20,000 nucleotides of DNA. Origin: Bilabrum cf. latius. Its lineage: Eukaryota. The stretch spans positions 980,269 through 1,000,268 of the forward strand of contig OZ237756.1 in the NCBI GenBank assembly GCA_965178125.1, written 5' to 3'. Under the pieces are notes generated by a model. It had not been told where the DNA came from. It searched no databases and saw only the letters and a list, made by a program, of their open reading frames with translations. The translations under genes were made by a program, and so were the position numbers. Positions 9,821 to 20,000 of the stretch are shown piece after piece; position 1 is the first letter of the stretch; each line of letters opens with the position of its first letter.

Positions 9821-10815
9821 TATCTAATATAAAGTCAGGGACAGGGTCGGGGAAAAAATATTTTCATCTTCACTTTTTGTCGAAAAAATACAACATAGGA
9901 TCTCGGCAACCACAGGAGATATGAAGACCGTTGAAACGGCATTAGGACCGCCTAGGGGCACAACATGGGGCAAATGCTCCCCAGGTTCCGTTTTTGTCGC
10001 GCGGCGCCGATATGGATCGATGAAGATTTACATGCTGCAAAAATACAACATAGGATCTCGGCAACCACAGGAGATATGAAGACCGTTGAAACGGCATTAG
10101 GACCGCCTAGGGGCACAACATGGGGCAAATGTTCCCCAGGTTCCGTTTTTGTCGCGCGGCGCCGATATGGATCGATGAAGATTTACATGCTGCAAAAATA
10201 CAACATAGGATCTCGGCAACCACAGGAGATATGAAGACCGTTGAAACGGCATTAGGACCGCCTAGGGGCACAACATGGGGCAAATGTTCCCCAGGTTCCG
10301 TTTTTGTCGCGCGGTGCCGATATGGATCGATGAAGATTTACATGCTGCAAAAATACAACATAGGATTTCGGCAACCACAGGAGATATGAAGACCGTTGAA
10401 ACGGCATTAGGACCGCCTAGGGGCACAACATGGGGCAAATGTTCCCCAGGTTCCGTTTTTGTCGCGCGGTGCCGATATGGATCGATGAAGATTTACATGC
10501 TGCAAAAATACAACATAGGATCTCGGCAACCACAGGAGATATGAAGACCGTTGAAACGGCATTAGGACCGCCTGGGGGCACAACATGGGGCAAATGTTCC
10601 CCAGGTTCCGTTTTTGTCGCGCGGCGCCGATATGGATCGATGAAGATTTACATGCTGCAAAAATACAACATAGGATCTCGGCAACCACAGGAGATATGAA
10701 GACCGTTGAAACGGCATTAGGACCGCCTAGGGGCACAACATGGGGCAAATGTTCCCCAGGTTCCGTTTTTGTCGCGCGGCGCCGATATGGATCGATGAAG
10801 ATTTACATGCTGCAA
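9821..10815. mobile_element. Element copy 3 (subfamily C): head and 6 x 155-bp monomers
   Basis: Monomers AAAATACAACATAGGATCTCGGCAACCACAGGAG...; ends at GCTGCAA followed by G10. Confidence 0.6.
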
Positions 10816-11126
10816 GGGGGGGGGGTTAAGGGTTAGGGTTAGGGTTAGGGTTAGGGTTAGGGTTAGGGTTAGGGTTAGGGTTAGGGTTAGGGTTAGGGTT
10901 AGGGTTAGGGTTAGGGTTAGGGTTAGGGTTAGGGTTAGGGTTAGGGTTAGGGTTAGGGTTAGGGTTAGGGTTAGGGTTAGGGTTAGGGTTAGGGTTAGGG
11001 TTAGGGTTAGGGTTAGGGTTAGGGTTAGGGTTAGGGTTAGGGTTAGGGTTAGGGTTAGGGTTAGGGTTAGGGTTAGGGTTAGGGTTAGGGTTAGGGTTAG
11101 GGTTAGGGTTAGGGTTAGGGTTAGGG
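10816..11126 (+). repeat. Telomeric tract 4: G10-TTAAGGG-(TTAGGG)n, 311 bp
   Basis: Read directly from the sequence. Confidence 0.97.
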
Positions 11127-12121
11127 TATCTAATATAAAGTCAGGGACAGGGTCGGGGAAAAAATATTTTCATCTTCACTTTTTGTCGAAAAAATACAAC
11201 ATAGGATCTCGGCAACCACAGGAGATATGAAGACCGTTGAAACGGCATTAGGACCGCCTAGGGGCACAACATGGGGCAAATGCTCCCCAGGTTCCGTTTT
11301 TGTCGCGCGGCGCCGATATGGATCGATGAAGATTTACATGCTGCAAAAATACAACATAGGATCTCGGCAACCACAGGAGATATGAAGACCGTTGAAACGG
11401 CATTAGGACCGCCTAGGGGCACAACATGGGGCAAATGTTCCCCAGGTTCCGTTTTTGTCGCGCGGCGCCGATATGGATCGATGAAGATTTACATGCTGCA
11501 AAAATACAACATAGGATCTCGGCAACCACAGGAGATATGAAGACCGTTGAAACGGCATTAGGACCGCCTAGGGGCACAACATGGGGCAAATGTTCCCCAG
11601 GTTCCGTTTTTGTCGCGCGGTGCCGATATGGATCGATGAAGATTTACATGCTGCAAAAATACAACATAGGATTTCGGCAACCACAGGAGATATGAAGACC
11701 GTTGAAACGGCATTAGGACCGCCTAGGGGCACAACATGGGGCAAATGTTCCCCAGGTTCCGTTTTTGTCGCGCGGTGCCGATATGGATCGATGAAGATTT
11801 ACATGCTGCAAAAATACAACATAGGATCTCGGCAACCACAGGAGATATGAAGACCGTTGAAACGGCATTAGGACCGCCTGGGGGCACAACATGGGGCAAA
11901 TGTTCCCCAGGTTCCGTTTTTGTCGCGCGGCGCCGATATGGATCGATGAAGATTTACATGCTGCAAAAATACAACATAGGATCTCGGCAACCACAGGAGA
12001 TATGAAGACCGTTGAAACGGCATTAGGACCGCCTAGGGGCACAACATGGGGCAAATGTTCCCCAGGTTCCGTTTTTGTCGCGCGGCGCCGATATGGATCG
12101 ATGAAGATTTACATGCTGCAA
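11127..12121. mobile_element. Element copy 4 (subfamily C), duplicate of copy 3
   Basis: Offset 1306 bp with the same diagnostic variants (ATGCTCCCC in monomer 1, GATTTCGG, CCTGGGGG). Confidence 0.6.
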
Positions 12122-12432
12122 GGGGGGGGGGTTAAGGGTTAGGGTTAGGGTTAGGGTTAGGGTTAGGGTTAGGGTTAGGGTTAGGGTTAGGGTTAGGGTT
12201 AGGGTTAGGGTTAGGGTTAGGGTTAGGGTTAGGGTTAGGGTTAGGGTTAGGGTTAGGGTTAGGGTTAGGGTTAGGGTTAGGGTTAGGGTTAGGGTTAGGG
12301 TTAGGGTTAGGGTTAGGGTTAGGGTTAGGGTTAGGGTTAGGGTTAGGGTTAGGGTTAGGGTTAGGGTTAGGGTTAGGGTTAGGGTTAGGGTTAGGGTTAG
12401 GGTTAGGGTTAGGGTTAGGGTTAGGGTTAGGG
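12122..12432 (+). repeat. Telomeric tract 5 (311 bp, same as tract 4)
   Basis: Same G10-TTAAGGG start and same length as tract 4. Confidence 0.97.
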
Positions 12433-13427
12433 TATCTAATATAAAGTCAGGGACAGGGTCGGGGAAAAAATATTTTCATCTTCACTTTTTGTCGAAAAAA
12501 TACAACATAGGATCTCGGCAACCACAGGAGATATGAAGACCGTTGAAACGGCATTAGGACCGCCTAGGGGCACAACATGGGGCAAATGCTCCCCAGGTTC
12601 CGTTTTTGTCGCGCGGCGCCGATATGGATCGATGAAGATTTACATGCTGCAAAAATACAACATAGGATCTCGGCAACCACAGGAGATATGAAGACCGTTG
12701 AAACGGCATTAGGACCGCCTAGGGGCACAACATGGGGCAAATGTTCCCCAGGTTCCGTTTTTGTCGCGCGGCGCCGATATGGATCGATGAAGATTTACAT
12801 GCTGCAAAAATACAACATAGGATCTCGGCAACCACAGGAGATATGAAGACCGTTGAAACGGCATTAGGACCGCCTAGGGGCACAACATGGGGCAAATGTT
12901 CCCCAGGTTCCGTTTTTGTCGCGCGGTGCCGATATGGATCGATGAAGATTTACATGCTGCAAAAATACAACATAGGATTTCGGCAACCACAGGAGATATG
13001 AAGACCGTTGAAACGGCATTAGGACCGCCTAGGGGCACAACATGGGGCAAATGTTCCCCAGGTTCCGTTTTTGTCGCGCGGTGCCGATATGGATCGATGA
13101 AGATTTACATGCTGCAAAAATACAACATAGGATCTCGGCAACCACAGGAGATATGAAGACCGTTGAAACGGCATTAGGACCGCCTGGGGGCACAACATGG
13201 GGCAAATGTTCCCCAGGTTCCGTTTTTGTCGCGCGGCGCCGATATGGATCGATGAAGATTTACATGCTGCAAAAATACAACATAGGATCTCGGCAACCAC
13301 AGGAGATATGAAGACCGTTGAAACGGCATTAGGACCGCCTAGGGGCACAACATGGGGCAAATGTTCCCCAGGTTCCGTTTTTGTCGCGCGGCGCCGATAT
13401 GGATCGATGAAGATTTACATGCTGCAA
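12433..13427. mobile_element. Element copy 5 (subfamily C), duplicate of copies 3 and 4
   Basis: Offset 1306 bp with the same variants. Confidence 0.6.
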
Positions 13428-13636
13428 GGGGGGGGGGTTAAGGGTTAGGGTTAGGGTTAGGGTTAGGGTTAGGGTTAGGGTTAGGGTTAGGGTTAGGGTT
13501 AGGGTTAGGGTTAGGGTTAGGGTTAGGGTTAGGGTTAGGGTTAGGGTTAGGGTTAGGGTTAGGGTTAGGGTTAGGGTTAGGGTTAGGGTTAGGGTTAGGG
13601 TTAGGGTTAGGGTTAGGGTTAGGGTTAGGGTTAGGG
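13428..13636 (+). repeat. Telomeric tract 6 (209 bp)
   Basis: G10-TTAAGGG start; 102 bp shorter than tracts 4 and 5. Confidence 0.97.
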
Positions 13637-14410
13637 TATCTAATATAAAGTCAGGGACAGGGTCGGGGAAAAAATATTTTCATCTTCAATATTTGTCGAA
13701 AAACGACGTGCTACGATCTCGGCAACTACAGGTGATATGAAGACCGTTCAAACTGCATCGGGACGGCCTGGGGGCACAACATGGGCCAAATGTTCCCCAG
13801 GTTCCGTTCTGGCCGCGCGGCGCCGATATGGGTGTATGAAGAATTTCACACCGAAAAACGACGTGCTACGATCTCGGCAACTACAGGTGATATGAAGACC
13901 GTTCAAACTGCATCGGGACGGCCTGGGGGCACAACATGGGCCAAATGTTCCCCAGGTTCCGTTCTGGCCGCGCGGCGCCGATATGGGTGTATGAAGAATT
14001 TCACACCGAAAAACGACGTGCTACGATCTCGGCAACTACAGGTGATATGAAGACCGTTCAAACTGCATCGGGACGGCCTGGGGGCACAACATGGGCCAAA
14101 TGTTCCCCAGGTTCCGTTCTGGCCGCGCGGCGCCGATATGGGTGTATGAAGAATTTCACACCGAAAAACGACGTGCTACGATCTCGGCAACTACAGGTGA
14201 TATGAAGACCGTTCAAACTGCATCGGGACGGCCTGGGGGCACAACATGGGCCAAATATTCCCCAGGTTCCGTTCTGGCCGCGCGGCGCTGATATGGGTGT
14301 ATGAAGATTTGCATGTCTATTCAATATGCATGGTTTATCTGTCAATTGTAGAATGGGGATGGTGTACATGACAGTTGTATTTGCTGTGTGGATTGCTTTG
14401 ATCTAAGGTA
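13637..14410. mobile_element. Element copy 6 (subfamily A): head, about 4 monomers, about 100-bp tail
   Basis: The tail matches the copy 1 tail but is truncated at AAGGTATTA|GGG. Confidence 0.6.
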
Positions 14411-14662
14411 TTAGGGTTAAGGTTAGGGTTAGGGTTAGGGTTAGGGTTAGGGTTAGGGTTAGGGTTAGGGTTAGGGTTAGGGTTAGGGTTAGGGTTAGGG
14501 TTAGGGTTAGGGTTAGGGTTAGGGTTAGGGTTAGGGTTAGGGTTAGGGTTAGGGTTAGGGTTAGGGTTAGGGTTAGGGTTAGGGTTAGGGTTAGGGTTAG
14601 GGTTAGGGTTAGGGTTAGGGTTAGGGTTAGGGTTAGGGTTAGGGTTAGGGTTAGGGTTAGGG
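14411..14662 (+). repeat. Telomeric tract 7 (252 bp)
   Basis: TTAGGG-TTAAGG-(TTAGGG)n. Confidence 0.97.
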
Positions 14663-16417
14663 TATCTAATATAAAGTCAGGGACAGGGTCGGGGAAAAAA
14701 AATTTTCATCTTCACTTTTTGTCGAAAAAATGCGCGCGACGATCTCGGCAACCAGATGAGATATGAGGACCGTTCAAACTGCATCGGGACGGCCTGGGGG
14801 TACAATGTGGGGCAAATGTTCCCCAGGTTCCGTTTTGACCGCGCGGCGACAATATGGCTGGACGAAGATTGTCATGCAGAAAAAATGCGCGCAACGATCT
14901 CGGCAACCAGATGAGATATGAAGACTGTTCAAACTGCATCGGGACGGCCTGGGGGTACAATGTTAGGCAAATGTTCCCCAGGTTCCGTTTATACCGCGCG
15001 GCGACAATATGGCTGGACGAAGATTGTCATGCAGAAAAAATGCGCGCGACGATCTCGGCAACCAGATGAGATATGAAGACCGTTCAAACTGCATCGGGAC
15101 GGCCTGGGACCACAACTGGGGGCAAATGTTCCCCAGGTTCCGTTTATACCGCGCGGCGACAATATGGCTGGACGAAGATTGTCATGCAGAAAAAATGCGC
15201 GCGGCGATCTCGGCAACCAGATGAGATATGAAGACCGTTCAAACTGCATCGGGACGGCCTGGGACCACAACTGGGGGCAAATGTTCCCCAGGTTCCGTTT
15301 ATACCGCGCGGCGACAATATGGCTGGACGAAGATTGTCATGCAGAAAAAATGCGCGCGACGATCTCGGCAACCAGATGAGATATGAAGACCGTTCATACT
15401 GCATCGGGACGGCCTGGGGGTACAATGTGGGGCAAATGTTCCCCAGATTCCGTTTTGACCGCGCGGCGACAGTATGGGGGGACGAAGATTTTCAGGCAGA
15501 AAAAATGCGCGCGGCGATCTCGGCAACCACAGGAGATATGAAGACCGTTCAAACTGCATCGGGACGGCCTGGGACCACAACTGGGGGCAAATGTTCCCCA
15601 GGTTCCGTTTATACCGCGCGGCGACAATATGGCTGGACGAAGATTGTCATGCAGAAAAAATGCGCGCGGCGATCTCGGCAACCAGATGAGATATGAAGAC
15701 CGTTCAAACTGCATCGGGACGGCCTGGGACCACAACTGGGGGCAAATGTTCCCCAGGTTCCGTTTATTCCGCGCGGCGACAATATGGCTGGACGAAGATT
15801 GTCATGCAGAAAAAATGCGCGCGACGATCTCGGCAACCAGATGAGATATGAAGACCGTTCATACTGCATCGGGACGGCCTGGGGGTACAATGTGGGGCAA
15901 ATGTTCCCCAGATTCCGTTTTGACCGCGCGGCGACAGTATGGGGGGACGAAGATTTTCAGGCAGAAAAAATGCGCGCGGCGATCTCGGCAACCACAGGAG
16001 ATATGAAGACCGTTCAAACTGCATCGGGACGGCCTGGGACCACAACAGGGGGCAAATGTTCCCCAGGTTCCGTTTATACCGCGCGGCGACAGTATGGTGG
16101 GACGAAGATTGTCATGCAGAAAAAATGCGCGCGGCGATCTCGGCAACCAGATGAGATATGAAGACCGTTCAAACTGCATCGGGACGGCCTGGGACCACAA
16201 CTGGGGGCAAATGTTCCCCGTGATTCTATTACATCAAGCATTGCAAGTATGGGGTTTGCACACCTACATGGTTGGGTTTGCATACGTACATGGGTTCGGG
16301 TTAGGTAAGAGGTTTTCCTTAGGGGCGTTCATTAGCTGTAAATGAGATTTCTTGATTTCAGCCGTTCATTCGCACTTTGAGTCATCATCATGTGTCATGT
16401 GTGCGAAGTTTGGAGAA
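14663..16417. mobile_element. Element copy 7 (subfamily B variant): head, about 9.6 monomers, about 200-bp unique tail
   Basis: Monomers 14726-16219; tail 16220-16417 differs from the subfamily A tail. Confidence 0.6.
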
Positions 16418-16806
16418 TAGGGTTAGGGTTAGGGTTAGGGTTAGGGTTAGGGTTAGGGTTAGGGTTAGGGTTAGGGTTAGGGTTAGGGTTAGGGTTAGGG
16501 TTAGGGTTAGGGTTAGGGTTAGGGTTAGGGTTAGGGTTAGGGTTAGGGTTAGGGTTAGGGTTAGGGTTAGGGTTAGGGTTAGGGTTAGGGTTAGGGTTAG
16601 GGTTAGGGTTAGGGTTAGGGTTAGGGTTAGGGTTAGGGTTAGGGTTAGGGTTAGGGTTAGGGTTAGGGTTAGGGTTAGGGTTAGGGTTAGGGTTAGGGTT
16701 AGGGTTAGGGTTAGGGTTAGGGTTAGGGTTAGGGTTAGGGTTAGGGTTAGGGTTAGGGTTAGGGTTAGGGTTAGGGTTAGGGTTAGGGTTAGGGTTAGGG
16801 TTAGGG
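16418..16806 (+). repeat. Telomeric tract 8
   Basis: (TTAGGG)n. Confidence 0.98.
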
Positions 16807-17580
16807 TATCTAATATAAAGTCAGGGACAGGGTCGGGGAAAAAATATTTTCATCTTCAATATTTGTCGAAAAACGACGTGCTACGATCTCGGCAACTACA
16901 GGTGATATGAAGACCGTTCAAACTGCATCGGGACGGCCTGGGGGCACAACATGGGCCAAATGTTCCCCAGGTTCCGTTCTGGCCGCGCGGCGCCGATATG
17001 GGTGTATGAAGAATTTCACACCGAAAAACGACGTGCTACGATCTCGGCAACTACAGGTGATATGAAGACCGTTCAAACTGCATCGGGACGGCCTGGGGGC
17101 ACAACATGGGCCAAATGTTCCCCAGGTTCCGTTCTGGCCGCGCGGCGCCGATATGGGTGTATGAAGAATTTCACACCGAAAAACGACGTGCTACGATCTC
17201 GGCAACTACAGGTGATATGAAGACCGTTCAAACTGCATCGGGACGGCCTGGGGGCACAACATGGGCCAAATGTTCCCCAGGTTCCGTTCTGGCCGCGCGG
17301 CGCCGATATGGGTGTATGAAGAATTTCACACCGAAAAACGACGTGCTACGATCTCGGCAACTACAGGTGATATGAAGACCGTTCAAACTGCATCGGGACG
17401 GCCTGGGGGCACAACATGGGCCAAATATTCCCCAGGTTCCGTTCTGGCCGCGCGGCGCTGATATGGGTGTATGAAGATTTGCATGTCTATTCAATATGCA
17501 TGGTTTATCTGTCAATTGTAGAATGGGGATGGTGTACATGACAGTTGTATTTGCTGTGTGGATTGCTTTGATCTAAGGTA
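16807..17580. mobile_element. Element copy 8 (subfamily A), duplicate of copy 6
   Basis: Offset 3170 bp with the same variants and truncation point. Confidence 0.6.
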
Positions 17581-17832
17581 TTAGGGTTAAGGTTAGGGTT
17601 AGGGTTAGGGTTAGGGTTAGGGTTAGGGTTAGGGTTAGGGTTAGGGTTAGGGTTAGGGTTAGGGTTAGGGTTAGGGTTAGGGTTAGGGTTAGGGTTAGGG
17701 TTAGGGTTAGGGTTAGGGTTAGGGTTAGGGTTAGGGTTAGGGTTAGGGTTAGGGTTAGGGTTAGGGTTAGGGTTAGGGTTAGGGTTAGGGTTAGGGTTAG
17801 GGTTAGGGTTAGGGTTAGGGTTAGGGTTAGGG
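17581..17832 (+). repeat. Telomeric tract 9 (252 bp, same as tract 7)
   Basis: Same TTAAGG variant and same length as tract 7. Confidence 0.97.
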
Positions 17833-19587
17833 TATCTAATATAAAGTCAGGGACAGGGTCGGGGAAAAAAAATTTTCATCTTCACTTTTTGTCGAAAAAA
17901 TGCGCGCGACGATCTCGGCAACCAGATGAGATATGAGGACCGTTCAAACTGCATCGGGACGGCCTGGGGGTACAATGTGGGGCAAATGTTCCCCAGGTTC
18001 CGTTTTGACCGCGCGGCGACAATATGGCTGGACGAAGATTGTCATGCAGAAAAAATGCGCGCAACGATCTCGGCAACCAGATGAGATATGAAGACTGTTC
18101 AAACTGCATCGGGACGGCCTGGGGGTACAATGTTAGGCAAATGTTCCCCAGGTTCCGTTTATACCGCGCGGCGACAATATGGCTGGACGAAGATTGTCAT
18201 GCAGAAAAAATGCGCGCGACGATCTCGGCAACCAGATGAGATATGAAGACCGTTCAAACTGCATCGGGACGGCCTGGGACCACAACTGGGGGCAAATGTT
18301 CCCCAGGTTCCGTTTATACCGCGCGGCGACAATATGGCTGGACGAAGATTGTCATGCAGAAAAAATGCGCGCGGCGATCTCGGCAACCAGATGAGATATG
18401 AAGACCGTTCAAACTGCATCGGGACGGCCTGGGACCACAACTGGGGGCAAATGTTCCCCAGGTTCCGTTTATACCGCGCGGCGACAATATGGCTGGACGA
18501 AGATTGTCATGCAGAAAAAATGCGCGCGGCGATCTCGGCAACCAGATGAGATATGAAGACCGTTCATACTGCATCGGGACGGCCTGGGGGTACAATGTGG
18601 GGCAAATGTTCCCCAGATTCCGTTTTGACCGCGCGGCGACAGTATGGGGGGACGAAGATTTTCAGGCAGAAAAAATGCGCGCGGCGATCTCGGCAACCAC
18701 AGGAGATATGAAGACCGTTCAAACTGCATCGGGACGGCCTGGGACCACAACTGGGGGCAAATGTTCCCCAGGTTCCGTTTATACCGCGCGGCGACAATAT
18801 GGCTGGACGAAGATTGTCATGCAGAAAAAATGCGCGCGGCGATCTCGGCAACCAGATGAGATATGAAGACCGTTCAAACTGCATCGGGACGGCCTGGGAC
18901 CACAACTGGGGGCAAATGTTCCCCAGGTTCCGTTTATTCCGCGCGGCGACAATATGGCTGGACGAAGATTGTCATGCAGAAAAAATGCGCGCGACGATCT
19001 CGGCAACCAGATGAGATATGAAGACCGTTCATACTGCATCGGGACGGCCTGGGGGTACAATGTGGGGCAAATGTTCCCCAGATTCCGTTTTGACCGCGCG
19101 GCGACAGTATGGGGGGACGAAGATTTTCAGGCAGAAAAAATGCGCGCGGCGATCTCGGCAACCACAGGAGATATGAAGACCGTTCAAACTGCATCGGGAC
19201 GGCCTGGGACCACAACAGGGGGCAAATGTTCCCCAGGTTCCGTTTATACCGCGCGGCGACAGTATGGTGGGACGAAGATTGTCATGCAGAAAAAATGCGC
19301 GCGGCGATCTCGGCAACCAGATGAGATATGAAGACCGTTCAAACTGCATCGGGACGGCCTGGGACCACAACTGGGGGCAAATGTTCCCCGTGATTCTATT
19401 ACATCAAGCATTGCAAGTATGGGGTTTGCACACCTACATGGTTGGGTTTGCATACGTACATGGGTTCGGGTTAGGTAAGAGGTTTTCCTTAGGGGCGTTC
19501 ATTAGCTGTAAATGAGATTTCTTGATTTCAGCCGTTCATTCGCACTTTGAGTCATCATCATGTGTCATGTGTGCGAAGTTTGGAGAA
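17833..19587. mobile_element. Element copy 9 (subfamily B variant), duplicate of copy 7
   Basis: Offset 3170 bp; one substitution noticed (A15359 vs G18529). Confidence 0.6.
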
Positions 19588-19875
19588 TAGGGTTAGGGGT
19601 TAGGGTTAGGGTTAGGGTTAGGGTTAGGGTTAGGGTTAGGGTTAGGGTTAGGGTTAGGGTTAGGGTTAGGGTTAGGGTTAGGGTTAGGGTTAGGGTTAGG
19701 GTTAGGGTTAGGGTTAGGGTTAGGGTTAGGGTTAGGGTTAGGGTTAGGGTTAGGGTTAGGGTTAGGGTTAGGGTTAGGGTTAGGGTTAGGGTTAGGGTTA
19801 GGGTTAGGGTTAGGGTTAGGGTTAGGGTTAGGGTTAGGGTTAGGGTTAGGGTTAGGGTTAGGGTTAGGGTTAGGG
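19588..19875 (+). repeat. Telomeric tract 10
   Basis: (TTAGGG)n with one TTAGGGG near the start. Confidence 0.97.
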
Positions 19876-19916
19876 TATCTAATATAAAGTCAGGGACAGG
19901 GTCGGGGAAAAAATAT
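19876..19916. mobile_element. Element copy 10: head only (about 41 bp)
   Basis: TATCTAATATAAAGTCAGGGACAGGGTCGGGGAAAAAATATTT followed by AGGGTTAGGG. Confidence 0.6.
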
Positions 19917-20000
19917 TTAGGTTAGGGTTAGGGTTAGGGTTAGGGTTAGGGTTAGGGTTAGGGTTAGGGTTAGGGTTAGGGTTAGGGTTAGGGTTAGGGT
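19917..20000 (+). repeat. Telomeric tract 11 (runs off the window; possibly terminal)
   Basis: (TTAGGG)n to the window end. Confidence 0.97.

Noticed and set aside
6541-13427. CRISPR-like regular repeats
   Set aside because: Monomers are head-to-tail with no unique spacers, no cas genes are present, and the context is eukaryotic telomere.
6622-19515. Many recurring 66-125 aa ORFs (MGQMFPRFR..., MAGRRLSC..., MYPQAVPM...)
   Set aside because: They arise from the 155-bp period, which shifts frame with each monomer; no domain is recognisable.
5598-20000. Telomere-telomere fusion site
   Set aside because: All tracts are TTAGGG on the + strand, with no inverted CCCTAA tract.

Overview
This is a eukaryotic chromosome end with the telomere to the right. 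Bases 1-5.6 kb hold three compact, intron-poor genes: a VPS37-like ESCRT-I subunit (+), a SECIS-binding protein 2 (SBP2)-like L7Ae protein (+) and an ACSF3/malonyl-CoA synthetase-like adenylate-forming enzyme (-). The ORF track splits all three, but each reads as one frame interrupted only by TAG codons (10 in total, no internal TAA or TGA). This points to a non-standard nuclear genetic code in which UAG is a sense codon, probably Gln. From 5.6 kb to the end, eleven (TTAGGG)n tracts alternate with ten same-orientation inserts. Every insert starts with the same head (TATCTAATATAAAGTCAGGGACAGGGTCGGGG...) at the same telomeric register. All but the last, head-only insert carry an array of 155-bp monomers from one of three subfamilies, and the distal ends are variably truncated and followed by telomeric repeats. 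Blocks of insert plus telomere tract were later amplified as 1306-bp (x3) and 3170-bp (x2) units. The architecture resembles a telomere-targeted mobile element plus recombinational telomere amplification. No RT or transposase is encoded in the window.
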